Assembly (NCBI GenBank): GCA_963850905.1
Contig: CAWKMU010000003.1
Coordinates: forward strand, 3,072,001-3,136,000
Length of the DNA stretch: 64,000 nucleotides
Reading direction: 5' to 3'
Origin: an uncultured Gemmatimonadales bacterium
GTDB taxonomy: Bacteria > Gemmatimonadota > Gemmatimonadetes > Gemmatimonadales > Gemmatimonadaceae
Shown: positions 10,223 to 20,110 of the stretch, in pieces
Layout: each line of letters opens with the position of its first letter
How positions within the stretch are numbered: the stretch's first letter is position 1
Notes under the pieces: generated by a model
The model's input: the letters and a program-made list of their open reading frames with translations, nothing else
What the model was told of the DNA's origin: nothing
The model's database searches: none
Position numbers and translations under genes: made by a program

Positions 10223-11317
10223 GTGGCCATCCGCAATGCGCTGGTGCTCTCGTGCACACTCACCGTCTGGACGGCGAGTGTGCAGGCGCAAGTCGCTCAC
10301 CGAGCGCCACGCCCGGCACCTGCGGCCGCACCGCATGCCGTGCAACCCAGCGCGCTCCCCGCGCCACCGGCCCTGCCTGCGGGGTTCGACTATCAGATCA
10401 AGGTCGCACCGGAGACCGTCGCCGTCGGGTTGCCATTTCACGTTGCTGTGCACGTCAGGGGGCCTGCCGGCACGGGCGTCCAGTTTCCCGCCGGGCCAGA
10501 TTCGGGGACGGCCGTAGAGGCGCTCGATCCGCCCACGGAGCGCAGCCGCTCCGATTCGATCGCCACGGACATCACCGCGACCTACCGCCTTGCCGCGTGG
10601 GACGTGGGCCGGCTTCCGATTGCGCTTGGGAACGTCGTCGTTACGGACCGACGCGGTGAACACGCCATCGCGCTCGGCCCGCTCAGCGTGGTCGTCGCAG
10701 CCACGGTGCCGCCGCGCGGAGCCGCGCGCACGCCGCGCCCTGCGCGTGCGTATTATCCCGACCGAGAGCCGTGGTGGTGGCGGTGGGCGCTCGCTGGTGC
10801 CGCTGTCGCAGTGCTGCTCATCGGATGGTTGGTCGTCCGCTGGCTCCGGCGCCGAGCGCGTCGGCCCGTGGTGGCGTTGGGGCCTCTCGCCACTGCTGAC
10901 CAGGAGCTCGGCGACCTCGAGCACCTCGGGTTGGTCGAGGCGGGCGAATGGGGTCGCTACGTGACGTTGATCGCCGATGTCGTGCGACGCTTTCTCGCGC
11001 GACGTCTGCCAGACGCTCCGTTGTCGTCCACGACCAGTGAGCTCGTGAGCGCATTGCACCACGATGCGCGCGTGCCGCTCGATCGCCTGCGAGCCCTCCT
11101 CGTGCAGATCGACCTCGTCAAATTCGCGGGCCAGCACATGAGCGCCGAGACCGTCACCGAAACATCCCGTGTCGCGCGCGCGCTCATGAGCGACATCGAT
11201 ACCGCCGTGGCGGCGGCCGCCACAGCCGCTCGAGAGGCGGCGGCGCGGCAGACGTCGCGCGAGTTCGAGGAGCGGCGCACGGCCCGCGCTCTCGGCTCCA
11301 AGGGACGGGCAGCATGA
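10223..11317 (+). CDS. Exported single-TM protein of the Bat-like cluster
   Basis: Signal-peptide-like start, one TM segment (WWWRWALAG...), position between DUF58 and vWA gene. Confidence 0.75.
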   Translation: MAIRNALVLSCTLTVWTASVQAQVAHRAPRPAPAAAPHAVQPSALPAPPALPAGFDYQIKVAPETVAVGLPFHVAVHVRGPAGTGVQFPAGPDSGTAVEALDPPTERSRSDSIATDITATYRLAAWDVGRLPIALGNVVVTDRRGEHAIALGPLSVVVAATVPPRGAARTPRPARAYYPDREPWWWRWALAGAAVAVLLIGWLVVRWLRRRARRPVVALGPLATADQELGDLEHLGLVEAGEWGRYVTLIADVVRRFLARRLPDAPLSSTTSELVSALHHDARVPLDRLRALLVQIDLVKFAGQHMSAETVTETSRVARALMSDIDTAVAAAATAAREAAARQTSREFEERRTARALGSKGRAA

Positions 11318-12306
11318 GCTCCGCAGCGGCCTTCGGTTTCGGCACGCCGTGGGTGCTGCTGGCGCTGCTGGCTCTGCCGTTGTGGTGGCTGCATCGACGC
11401 CTTCGCCGCCCGAGCGCGGTCACGCTGTCGCGCGTTGCGCCGCTCGTGGCCGGGCCGCGGCGCGGACGCGCCCTCGGGTGGATGCTCTTCGCATTGCGCA
11501 ATCTCGCGATCGCTGCCGCCGTCGTCGCTCTTGCGCGCCCGCGGTTCGGGTCGCAGAGCGAGACCATCACCGGCGACGGCATCAACATCATGCTGGTCAT
11601 CGACCTGTCGAGCTCCATGCTCGCGCTCGACTTCCAACCGGACAATCGACTGGAGGTCGCCAAGGAGACGATGAAGCGTTTCGTGTCCGGGCGGGCGGCC
11701 GATCGCATCGGGGTCGTCTCCTTTGCCGGCGATGCGTTGACCCAGGTGCCGCTCACGCTGGACTATGGTGTCGTCACGTCCGCAATTGACAACTTGCAGG
11801 CTGGCCAGTTGGACGACGGGACCGCAATCGGTACCGCGGTTGCGACCGCGGCCAACCGTTTGCGTGTCGCCGCCGGACGGTCACGCGTCATGATCCTGGC
11901 CACCGACGGCGTCAACAACCGGGGGTCCATCGACCCCCGTACAGCGGCCAAGGCCGCAGCGGCATTCGGCATCAAGATCTACACGATCGGCATTGGCACC
12001 GAGGGATTGGCTCCGGTTCCCGTCGGGCGCGGGTTGTTTGGGCTGCGCTACGAAAATCAGGAAGTGCGCATCGACGAACGTCTGTTGTCGGATATCGCAC
12101 GGACGACCCATGCACGGTTTTTCCGCGCCCGCGACGCGGCGGCGTTGCGACAGATCTACCAAGAGATCGATCAACTCGAGCGCGCGCCAGTGCGCATGCA
12201 GACCTACGTGCGCTACGCCGAGCAGTTCCGCTGGCCGCTCGAAGCAGCCATGATCGCGCTCGTGCTCGAGCTGGGGCTGCTGGCGTGGCGAGGGCCGCTG
12301 ACATGA
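11314..12306 (+). CDS. vWA domain protein, BatA-like
   Basis: LARP, MIDAS DLSSSM, GTAIG, TDG, IKIYTIGIG. Confidence 0.9.
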   Translation: MSSAAAFGFGTPWVLLALLALPLWWLHRRLRRPSAVTLSRVAPLVAGPRRGRALGWMLFALRNLAIAAAVVALARPRFGSQSETITGDGINIMLVIDLSSSMLALDFQPDNRLEVAKETMKRFVSGRAADRIGVVSFAGDALTQVPLTLDYGVVTSAIDNLQAGQLDDGTAIGTAVATAANRLRVAAGRSRVMILATDGVNNRGSIDPRTAAKAAAAFGIKIYTIGIGTEGLAPVPVGRGLFGLRYENQEVRIDERLLSDIARTTHARFFRARDAAALRQIYQEIDQLERAPVRMQTYVRYAEQFRWPLEAAMIALVLELGLLAWRGPLT

Positions 12307-12328
12307 TCACGGCTCGAGGGATCGGGGC

Positions 12329-14029
12329 ATGAGTCCGCTCGTGTCGAACCTCGCTCTGGTGGAGCGGCCCCTGTGGTTGCTGGGGGCCATCCTGCTTCCT
12401 CTCCTGGTGATCGTGCTCCTCGTACGGCGCGAACGGGACCGCCGCCGCCGAATCGCGCGCCTCGGCAATCCGGTCACCGTCGCGCGCATCTTCCCCGGGA
12501 TCCGCTCCCTGACACCAGGCCTGCGGATGCTGCTGCTGTGTGGTACCGTCGCGTGCATGGCAGTCGCGCTCGCAGGACCGCGGTGGGGTGCGCAGCGTCG
12601 GGCGATCCGGACCGCCGGAGCGGACGTCGTCGTCGCTATCGATGCCTCCCTCTCAATGCTCGCGACCGATGAGCGTCCAAGCCGTCTGGAACGGGCCAAG
12701 CAGGACGTGCGCATCTTGCGCTCCTTGAGCCCGGGAGACCGCACCGCACTGATCGCGTTCGCCGGACGGAGTTACATCCTCTCTCCACTCACCGTGGACG
12801 ATGGGGCGCTGGCGCTCTTTCTCGACAACCTCGACCCGTCGGTTGTCGGACAGCCCGGCACATCGATCGCCCGGGCGATTCGGCAGGCCACGGATCTCTT
12901 GCTCTCGACGCGCACGGCGAGCGACCGGGCCATCGTGGTCATGAGCGATGGGGAAGGGTGGGAGTCGGAAGAAGATGTGCGCGCCGCCGCCGAGCAGGCG
13001 GCGGAGAGCGGCATCAGCCTGGTGACGGTCGGCTACGGGACCGAGCAAGGCTCGACCATCCCGGTGACGTCTGGCAGCACGACGACGCCAAAGCGCGATG
13101 ACAATGGAGCCGTCGTCGTAACGCATTACGTGCCAGCCCTCCTTCAGGCCGCCGCGGCTGCTGCGCACGGCACGTTCATCCCCGCCGGCACGACGGACAA
13201 GCCGTCCAACGTCCGCCGGGCACTGGCCAAGCTCCGCGTCGCCCGACGCACGGTCGAGGAAGAGGACGAACGGACACCGCGCTATCAGCTCTTCCTCGCG
13301 CCGGCCGTCCTCCTGTTGCTGCTCGATACGCTGCTCGGTGACACGCGGCGCGCTGGGGCGCGCCGCGAGCGTCTCCGTGCACCCGCCACCCCGACGCACC
13401 CGCCTCGTGCGACCGCCGCCGCAGTGCTCGTCATGGGCTTGAGTTTTCCGGCGTTGTGGCCGCCCGCGTCACGCGGCACGCCCCTCGACCGCGCAGTTGC
13501 ATACCGGCGGGCGATAGAGGCGGGTGATCACTCACCGCAAACGCTGTACAACTATGGCACCGCGCTGCTCGCCGCCGATTCGGTGGAGAGCGCGATCTCG
13601 GCGCTCTCGCAGGCAGCTGATTTGCGCGACGCGGACGTGCGGTATCGGTCCTGGTTCAACCTGGGCCTCGCGCATCTGCGCCGCGGCCTCGCGGCCCATG
13701 GGGACAGCGGGGTCACGGACCTGGACGCGGCGCTCAATGCATACAAACGTGTCCTCATTGCCCGACCGCAGGATGACGAGGCGCGTTGGAACTACGAGCT
13801 CGCGCTGCGGAAGCGCGAAGGTGGTGGTGGAGGAGGCGGATCGGGCGGTGGAGGCGGCGGTGCGTCGACGCCCCCATCGACTGGGAATAACTCGGGAGCG
13901 ACCCAGGGCCTCGCGCAGCGCCAGGCAGAAGAGATCCTGAACAATGCCGCGCGCGAAGAGCGTGAAGTCCTTGGCAAGTCGCAACGCCAGTCCCAGACTG
14001 ATGTGCCACCCGGGGGGCGAGATTGGTAG
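12329..14029 (+). CDS. vWA + TPR protein, BatB/BatC-like fusion
   Basis: DASLSM MIDAS, SDGE; then YNYGTAL, FNLGLAH, ARWNYELAL and Gly-rich tail. Confidence 0.85.
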   Translation: MSPLVSNLALVERPLWLLGAILLPLLVIVLLVRRERDRRRRIARLGNPVTVARIFPGIRSLTPGLRMLLLCGTVACMAVALAGPRWGAQRRAIRTAGADVVVAIDASLSMLATDERPSRLERAKQDVRILRSLSPGDRTALIAFAGRSYILSPLTVDDGALALFLDNLDPSVVGQPGTSIARAIRQATDLLLSTRTASDRAIVVMSDGEGWESEEDVRAAAEQAAESGISLVTVGYGTEQGSTIPVTSGSTTTPKRDDNGAVVVTHYVPALLQAAAAAAHGTFIPAGTTDKPSNVRRALAKLRVARRTVEEEDERTPRYQLFLAPAVLLLLLDTLLGDTRRAGARRERLRAPATPTHPPRATAAAVLVMGLSFPALWPPASRGTPLDRAVAYRRAIEAGDHSPQTLYNYGTALLAADSVESAISALSQAADLRDADVRYRSWFNLGLAHLRRGLAAHGDSGVTDLDAALNAYKRVLIARPQDDEARWNYELALRKREGGGGGGGSGGGGGGASTPPSTGNNSGATQGLAQRQAEEILNNAAREEREVLGKSQRQSQTDVPPGGRDW

Positions 14030-16125
14030 GCCTCGCCGTCGCCGTTCTGGCACAGCTCGCGGTCGTCGCGCGGGCGCCCATCGACACGTCGCAGGGTGTG
14101 AATTTTCACGCGATCCTGACACCCGATACCGTGTACGTCGGCCAACAGGCGACGTACCAGGTCGGCGTGTTCATCGATGATCAGCTGCGGCTTCGGCTCC
14201 GCCACAACCCCGAATTCATTCCGCCGGACGCTCAAGGCCTGCTGTCATACGAGCTCGCCGCAGGCGCGCGTGCACCGAGCACACGGCACGCCGGCCGCCG
14301 GGTCTACGAGGTGCACGTGTTTCAGCGTGCCTTCTTCCCGCTCGTACCCGGCCGCTACACCATCCCCAGCGCGCAACTCGTCTACTCCTTGCCGTTGTCT
14401 ACGAGCTTTTTCAGCCGCGAAGAGACGCATACTCTCGTCGCGGAGAGCTTGCTTGTCGTGGTGCGGGCACCTCCGAGCGATGGTCGGCCGAGCGACTACG
14501 TCGGCGCGGTCGGCGATGTCACCATTGCGGCACATCTGGATTCTGCCGCCGCGCGGGTCGGGGATCCCATGTTGTTGACGCTGAGCGTTGCGGGGCGGGG
14601 CGACGTCAAGCTCTTTCCACGACCCGCCGTCGCGGTGCCGTGGGGCACCCTCGTGCCGGCGCAGGTCCGCGTACGCCTCGATACGACGACCGAGCAGGTG
14701 CGCGGAACGAAAGAGTTCGATTGGCTCGTGACCCCGCGCGACAGCGGGAATCTCATCCTGCCGTCGGTGCGATATCCGTACTTCGATCCGTATCGCGAGC
14801 GGTACGAGGTTGCCGTCACGCCACCATCGGCCCTGCACGTCGCGCCGGGCGCCCTCGCCCTGGGCGACACCGCTCGTACGGATGTGCTACCTCCCTTGCC
14901 ACTGCGTCACACGTACCGGGGCCCCCCGAGCCAGCCCTTCTATGAGACGCCGCTGTACCTGGCGCTCGCCTTTGCGGCACCGATCCCCGCCCTCGTGCTC
15001 GCAGCCCGTCGACGACGGACGCGGAAGCCGCACCAGGCCCCGCGAGCGGGCGCAGCGGCACTTCGCGCGCTTGCGCGGCGTCAGCAGCCCGCCGATGCGT
15101 TGACGGTGCGGCGAGCCTTCGTCCGCGCCCTCGAGGAGCGGTTCGTGCTGCCGCCCACCGTGCTGACCGACCGAGGCGCGCTTACTCACGCGCTGCGCCT
15201 CGAAGGCGTCACCGCCGCGACTGCGGAAGTTGCCGAGTCGGTGCTGACCGCGCTCGATCGCGGGGCGTTCGGGGTAGGTGAAATCCTCCCGAGCAATGTC
15301 TGCGCCCACGCGTACGCGGCGTTCCGCAACGCAGTCGCCGAAGCCCGGCCTCGCCGCGGCGGGAGTCGGCGGGAAACCGCACGGTCATCGGATCGCGCGA
15401 CGGTTGCGGTGATCATGATCGGCGCGGTCGCGAGTGCCATGGGCGCACGAGCGGTCGCACAGGATCAGCCGGAGACGGCAACCGCCGCGTTCGCGGCGGG
15501 CGTGAAGGCGTATACCACCGGGAATTATCGAGCGGCTGCTTCTCAGTTCGCCGCAGTCACTCAGTGGGCGCCGGATGCGCCGGACGCATGGGCAAATGCG
15601 GGCACCGCCGCCTGGGCGGCAGGGGACACTGCCGACGCGGTCGTCGGCTGGCAGCACGCAGGCCGCATCGACCCGCTTGCCCACGACGTTCACGATCACC
15701 TCACGCTCGTTCGCGCTACGCAAGACGGGCCCATCGCTCGGCTGCCACGTATCCCGACCCCACTCGCGGCCGACGCCGCGCTCGGGTTCTGGCTGGTTGC
15801 CTGCGCCGTAGCCACATGGCGGGTCGCGCGCCGGCAGTCGCCCGTCTCCGCCATCTCGCTGCTGTTGGCAGGCTGCGCGATCGCCGCGGGCGTCGTAGGT
15901 GTTCGGGAGAATGAAGCCGCTGCCGCGCGCGATTTGTCGGTCGTCGACCGCGGCATGGTGCTATACGCCTCACCGGCCCTGGACGCAGACCACGTTGCCC
16001 GTGCGGACGCCGGAGACGTCGCGCGCACACTCGGCAGGCAAGGGGTCTGGAGCCGCGTCCGTCTCAATGGTGACCGAGAAGGATGGGTCGAGAGTGTGCG
16101 ACTAATCCCGTTGGAGAGGCGGTAG
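14023..16125 (+). CDS. BatD-like protein with C-terminal TPR and SH3-like region (BatE-like)
   Basis: GAVG, VGDP, YPYFDP; AWANAGTAAW; WSRVRL...EGWV. Confidence 0.8.
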   Translation: MVGLAVAVLAQLAVVARAPIDTSQGVNFHAILTPDTVYVGQQATYQVGVFIDDQLRLRLRHNPEFIPPDAQGLLSYELAAGARAPSTRHAGRRVYEVHVFQRAFFPLVPGRYTIPSAQLVYSLPLSTSFFSREETHTLVAESLLVVVRAPPSDGRPSDYVGAVGDVTIAAHLDSAAARVGDPMLLTLSVAGRGDVKLFPRPAVAVPWGTLVPAQVRVRLDTTTEQVRGTKEFDWLVTPRDSGNLILPSVRYPYFDPYRERYEVAVTPPSALHVAPGALALGDTARTDVLPPLPLRHTYRGPPSQPFYETPLYLALAFAAPIPALVLAARRRRTRKPHQAPRAGAAALRALARRQQPADALTVRRAFVRALEERFVLPPTVLTDRGALTHALRLEGVTAATAEVAESVLTALDRGAFGVGEILPSNVCAHAYAAFRNAVAEARPRRGGSRRETARSSDRATVAVIMIGAVASAMGARAVAQDQPETATAAFAAGVKAYTTGNYRAAASQFAAVTQWAPDAPDAWANAGTAAWAAGDTADAVVGWQHAGRIDPLAHDVHDHLTLVRATQDGPIARLPRIPTPLAADAALGFWLVACAVATWRVARRQSPVSAISLLLAGCAIAAGVVGVRENEAAAARDLSVVDRGMVLYASPALDADHVARADAGDVARTLGRQGVWSRVRLNGDREGWVESVRLIPLERR

Positions 16126-16314
16126 GGCAACAACGGCGGGGTCAGGGACGGGCGCTACGCGCCCGAGAAAGGAGAGAGGGGAAAGGAGAGCGGAGACCCC
16201 TCGCCACGAATTCAGTTGTCGTCTCCTTTCTCCTTTCTGGCGTTCTCCTCTCTCGGGCGCGTAGCGCCCGTCCCCCGACCCCTGACCCCTGATCCCTGAC
16301 CCCGTCGTTGCCCT
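16124..16314. repeat. Nested palindromic cassette with 7-mer repeat arms
   Basis: Outer AGGGCAAC..GGGGTCAGGG / (CCCTGAC)n..GTTGCCCT; paired CGGGCGCTACGCGCCCG / CGGGCGCGTAGCGCCCG; inner (GAAAGGA)n / (TCCTTTC)n. Confidence 0.85.
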
Positions 16315-16328
16315 TAGCTTTCCACCCC

Positions 16329-18176
16329 ATGCCCACCATCGCTGTCCTCCCCAGCGCCGTCGCCGACCAGATTGCGGCCGGCGAGGTGGTGGAGCGACCG
16401 GCGTCGGCGGTCAAGGAACTGGTCGAGAACGCGCTCGACGCCGGCGCCACGCTGATCGCGATCGACGTCAGCGACGGCGGACGGGGAACGATCCGCGTCA
16501 GCGATAACGGCTGCGGCATGGACCGGGCGGACGCCGAGTTGGCGCTGCAACGCCACGCCACATCAAAGATCCGTAGGGCTGAGGACCTCGTCGGGGTGCG
16601 GAGTTTTGGCTTCCGCGGCGAGGCGCTCCCCGCCATCGGGTCGGTGTCCGAGCTCACTCTGGACACGGCGGCGCAGTCAGGAGTTGGGACGCACGTGCAC
16701 GTATCGGGCGGGTCTATCACCGAGATCGGCGAGACGGCACGCCAGCGAGGCACCACGGTCGTGGTGTCACGGTTGTTCTTCAACGTCCCCGCTCGGCTCA
16801 AGTTCATGCGCGGTACGCGGTCCGAATGGCGCGCGGTATCTGACACCGTGACGGCCGTGGCCCTTGCACGCCGCGACGCGCACATCACCCTGAGCCACGA
16901 GGGGCGGTCTACGCTCGCGCTGCCCGTCGCCGCGTCGCTCCGCGAACGCGTTGGCGGCGTCTGGGGCGCGCCATACGCGGAATCACTGGTGGACGTGCAC
17001 GACGGCACGGGTGCCGCACAGGTGACCGGACTCGTCGAGCGACCTGCCGATGTCGGCACGCGGACCCGTCGCGTGCACCTGTCGGTCAACGGCCGCGCGA
17101 TTCGCGATGGAGGCCTCGTCCGAGCCGCCGAAGCCGCGTATCGGTCGACGGTGCCCGCTGGGCTGCGACCGTCGCTCTTCCTCGAGCTCGCGATCCCGGT
17201 CGACGCAGTCGACGTGAACGTGCATCCGGCCAAAGCCGAGGTCCGATTCCGTGACCGCTGGCCCGTCGAGCGAGCCGTCGAGGGTGCGGTGCGGCACGCG
17301 CTCGGAACGCTCTCGAGCGCGGCGACCGTCGCCCCCCGAGTCTGGGTTGGGTCCGCCGCCTTCGGTGCCGCCCACTTCTTTCCCGGCACGGCTCCCCAGC
17401 CGCCACACGAGACCGCCCACGGGATCGACCTCCTATCAAGCGCTGCCACAGTTGGATCGGGCCCAACGGCGATGTGGAATCAGTTGGACGCGCCGTGGAC
17501 CACGGGCCCAGGCTTGTTCGCACCACGTCAGGGGCCTCCGGGAGAGTCAGCGGGCGAGGACAGCGGTGACGCAGCCAAGGAGACCAACGGTGCGTCGCCG
17601 GCAATCACGGTCCCGCCGCTGCAACAACTGCGACGCACGTACATGATGTTCGAGACCGATGCCGGGCTCGTGTTCATCGACCAGCACTCGGCGCACGAGC
17701 GGATATTGTACGAGCAGTTTATGACCGCGTTTCAGACCGGCCGCCTGCCGTCGCAGCGTTTGCTGTTCGCCTTCACCATGCACCTCAGCGCTGCGGCCGC
17801 GGAGGCGTTCGACGTTCACCGCGATCACTTCGCGCACCTGGGTTTCGAGGTGGATGCCTTTGGAGGCCACACGATCGTCGTGCACGCCGTGCCCGCCCCG
17901 CATCCGCGCTTCGATGCCGAGCGCTGCCTGCGCGACACGCTGGATGCGCTCACGGGCGATCGCCTGCCGAGCGCGAGTGCTCAGCACGAGCGTCTGATCG
18001 CCACAATGTCGTGCAAGGCCGCGATCAAAGCCGGCGACGAGCTGTCGTCGGCCGAGATGCGCGCACTCTACGTGGCGCTCGCGCGCACCACGTTGCCCGT
18101 GCACGACGTCCATGGCCGGTCGACGATCATACGACTGCCCTGGGATGAGGTCGAGCGCCGTTTCGGGCGGCGATGA
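16329..18176 (+). CDS. mutL: DNA mismatch repair endonuclease MutL
   Basis: IAAGEVVERPASAVKELVENALDAGA, GFRGEAL, DVNVHPAK, DQHSAHER, SCK. Confidence 0.97.
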   Translation: MPTIAVLPSAVADQIAAGEVVERPASAVKELVENALDAGATLIAIDVSDGGRGTIRVSDNGCGMDRADAELALQRHATSKIRRAEDLVGVRSFGFRGEALPAIGSVSELTLDTAAQSGVGTHVHVSGGSITEIGETARQRGTTVVVSRLFFNVPARLKFMRGTRSEWRAVSDTVTAVALARRDAHITLSHEGRSTLALPVAASLRERVGGVWGAPYAESLVDVHDGTGAAQVTGLVERPADVGTRTRRVHLSVNGRAIRDGGLVRAAEAAYRSTVPAGLRPSLFLELAIPVDAVDVNVHPAKAEVRFRDRWPVERAVEGAVRHALGTLSSAATVAPRVWVGSAAFGAAHFFPGTAPQPPHETAHGIDLLSSAATVGSGPTAMWNQLDAPWTTGPGLFAPRQGPPGESAGEDSGDAAKETNGASPAITVPPLQQLRRTYMMFETDAGLVFIDQHSAHERILYEQFMTAFQTGRLPSQRLLFAFTMHLSAAAAEAFDVHRDHFAHLGFEVDAFGGHTIVVHAVPAPHPRFDAERCLRDTLDALTGDRLPSASAQHERLIATMSCKAAIKAGDELSSAEMRALYVALARTTLPVHDVHGRSTIIRLPWDEVERRFGRR

Positions 18177-18934
18177 CGCGCGACCCCGCTCCTGCCGCAT
18201 GTCTCGTCATCTGCGGGCCCACCGCTGGTGGCAAGACTCGCCTCGTTCTTGCGTTACGAGACGCGCTCGACATCTGCGCCGTCAGTGCCGATTCGCGACA
18301 GATCTATCGCGGCTTCGACATTGGGACCGCGAAGCCGACCGCGGCCGAGCGAGCGTTGGTGGCGCACGCCTGTCTCGACCTGGCTGACCCGACGACGCGC
18401 TACACGGCCTATGCGTGGGCGGCCGCGGCCGATCACGCGCTGACCCATGTTGGACGCGAGGGGGCCGTCCCGCTCGTGGTTGGAGGCGCAGGGTTTTACA
18501 TCCGAGCGCTCGTGCATCCGGTGACGACCGATGCTCCGAATGGCGCCGATCGACTGGAGACCCACTACCTGGTGGTGGATCCGGGACCGCCGCTCCGCAG
18601 CCGAATCGCCGAACGTGCCGCCGCAATGGCCCGGGCAGGGTGGCCTGAGGAGGTGGCCGCTCTTGGCCGCTCGGTCCCGCCGGAAGCTCCAGCGTGGCAG
18701 GGATGCGGCTACCTCGACATGCGCGGCTACGTCGAGGGCCGCATATCCTTGGCGACGGCGCTCGAGCGCGTGACGATCGCCACCCGACAGTACGCCAAGC
18801 GACAGCGTACGTGGTTTCGCCACCAGCTCCCGGCGGCACGCGTGACGCGAATCAATCCCGACGACCCCACGGCAGTCCCGCGGGCACTGGAGTGGGTGCG
18901 GAAACATGCCCCGGCCAATCGAGTGAACGTGTGA
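18173..18934 (+). CDS. miaA: tRNA dimethylallyltransferase-like protein, unusually short (253 aa)
   Basis: GPTAGGKT, SADSRQIYRGFDIGTAKP, VGGAGFY, TRQYAKRQRTWF; mutL-miaA order. Confidence 0.88.
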   Translation: MTRDPAPAACLVICGPTAGGKTRLVLALRDALDICAVSADSRQIYRGFDIGTAKPTAAERALVAHACLDLADPTTRYTAYAWAAAADHALTHVGREGAVPLVVGGAGFYIRALVHPVTTDAPNGADRLETHYLVVDPGPPLRSRIAERAAAMARAGWPEEVAALGRSVPPEAPAWQGCGYLDMRGYVEGRISLATALERVTIATRQYAKRQRTWFRHQLPAARVTRINPDDPTAVPRALEWVRKHAPANRVNV

Positions 18935-20085
18935 AGATCGGTATCACGTGCTATCCGACCTACGGGGGCTCTGGGGCGGTCGCCACGGAGTTGGGCATCG
19001 CCTTGGCGGAGCGAGGCCATGAAGTCCACTTCATCACGTACCAGCAGCCGTTCCGGCTTCCTGCCTTCCTGCCGCGGATCTATTTCCACGAGGTCGACGT
19101 CGGGCGCTATCCGCTGTTTGAATATCCCCCATACGATCTCGCGCTTGCGGTGCGGATGCACGAAGTCGTACTCGCTCACCATCTCGACATCCTGCACGTG
19201 CACTACGCGATCCCACACGCCACGAGCGCCTGGATTGCACGCGAGATGCTGCGCCAGAGCGGCGCCGACGTGCGCCTCATTACGACGCTCCATGGAACGG
19301 ACATCACCTTGGTTGGTCAGGATCCGTCCTTTCACGCCATTACCAAGTTTTCGATCGAGCGGTCGGACCGTATCACCGCGGTGTCCTCGTACCTGCAGCG
19401 GGAAACCTACTCGGCCTTCGGCTGCACGTCGTGTCTGGTCGAAGTGATCTACAACTTCATCGATCCGGACCGGTACGATCGCGCTCGATACCCCTCGACG
19501 TTGCCGCCGCCCCTGCCGTCCGGAATGCCCGTGTTGATGCACGTCTCCAATTTTCGCCCGGTGAAGCGAACACGCGATGTCGTGCGCGTGTTTGCCCGCG
19601 TGCACGCTTCGCAGCCCTCGGTGCTGGTGATGGTCGGCGACGGTCCGGACCGGCCGGCCGCGGAAGAGGAAGCCCGTCGATTGGGCGTGGCTGACGCCGT
19701 GGCGTTTCTCGGCAAGGTCGATGCAGTCGCGCCGCTCCTCGCGGCCGCCCACGTATTCCTGCTGCCGAGCGAAACCGAATCGTTCGGACTCAGCGCGCTC
19801 GAGGCGCTCGCCTCCGGTGTCCCGGTGGTCGCGTCTCGAGTAGGTGGCTTACCGGAAGTCATTCAGGACGGAGAGACCGGCATCCTGTGCCCGGTCGGCG
19901 ATATCGACGCCATGGCGGCCGGCGCACGTGACCTGCTCAGCGACGGCGCGCGTTGGCGCACCATGAGCCGTCGAGCGGCCGCGGACGCCCGCGAGCGCTT
20001 CAATCGAGACACGATTGTGGGTCAGTACGAGGCGTTGTATAAGGAGACGGTGACAATGTCGTCCGCCCAACGCCCGGCGCCATGA
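18931..20085 (+). CDS. bshA: N-acetyl-alpha-D-glucosaminyl L-malate synthase
   Basis: KIGITCYPTYGGSG, HVHYAIPHA, TTLHGTDIT, SNFRPVKR, ESFGLSALEA. Confidence 0.93.
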   Translation: MKIGITCYPTYGGSGAVATELGIALAERGHEVHFITYQQPFRLPAFLPRIYFHEVDVGRYPLFEYPPYDLALAVRMHEVVLAHHLDILHVHYAIPHATSAWIAREMLRQSGADVRLITTLHGTDITLVGQDPSFHAITKFSIERSDRITAVSSYLQRETYSAFGCTSCLVEVIYNFIDPDRYDRARYPSTLPPPLPSGMPVLMHVSNFRPVKRTRDVVRVFARVHASQPSVLVMVGDGPDRPAAEEEARRLGVADAVAFLGKVDAVAPLLAAAHVFLLPSETESFGLSALEALASGVPVVASRVGGLPEVIQDGETGILCPVGDIDAMAAGARDLLSDGARWRTMSRRAAADARERFNRDTIVGQYEALYKETVTMSSAQRPAP

Positions 20086-20110
20086 GCGCATCCACCCGAA
20101 ACCGCACGTC

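Noticed and set aside
13819..13862. GGN tandem repeat
   Set aside because: Simply encodes a Gly-rich linker
8246..16125. MoxR-DUF58-vWA-TPR cluster as a novel system
   Set aside because: Matches the known Bat/MoxR-proper operon layout
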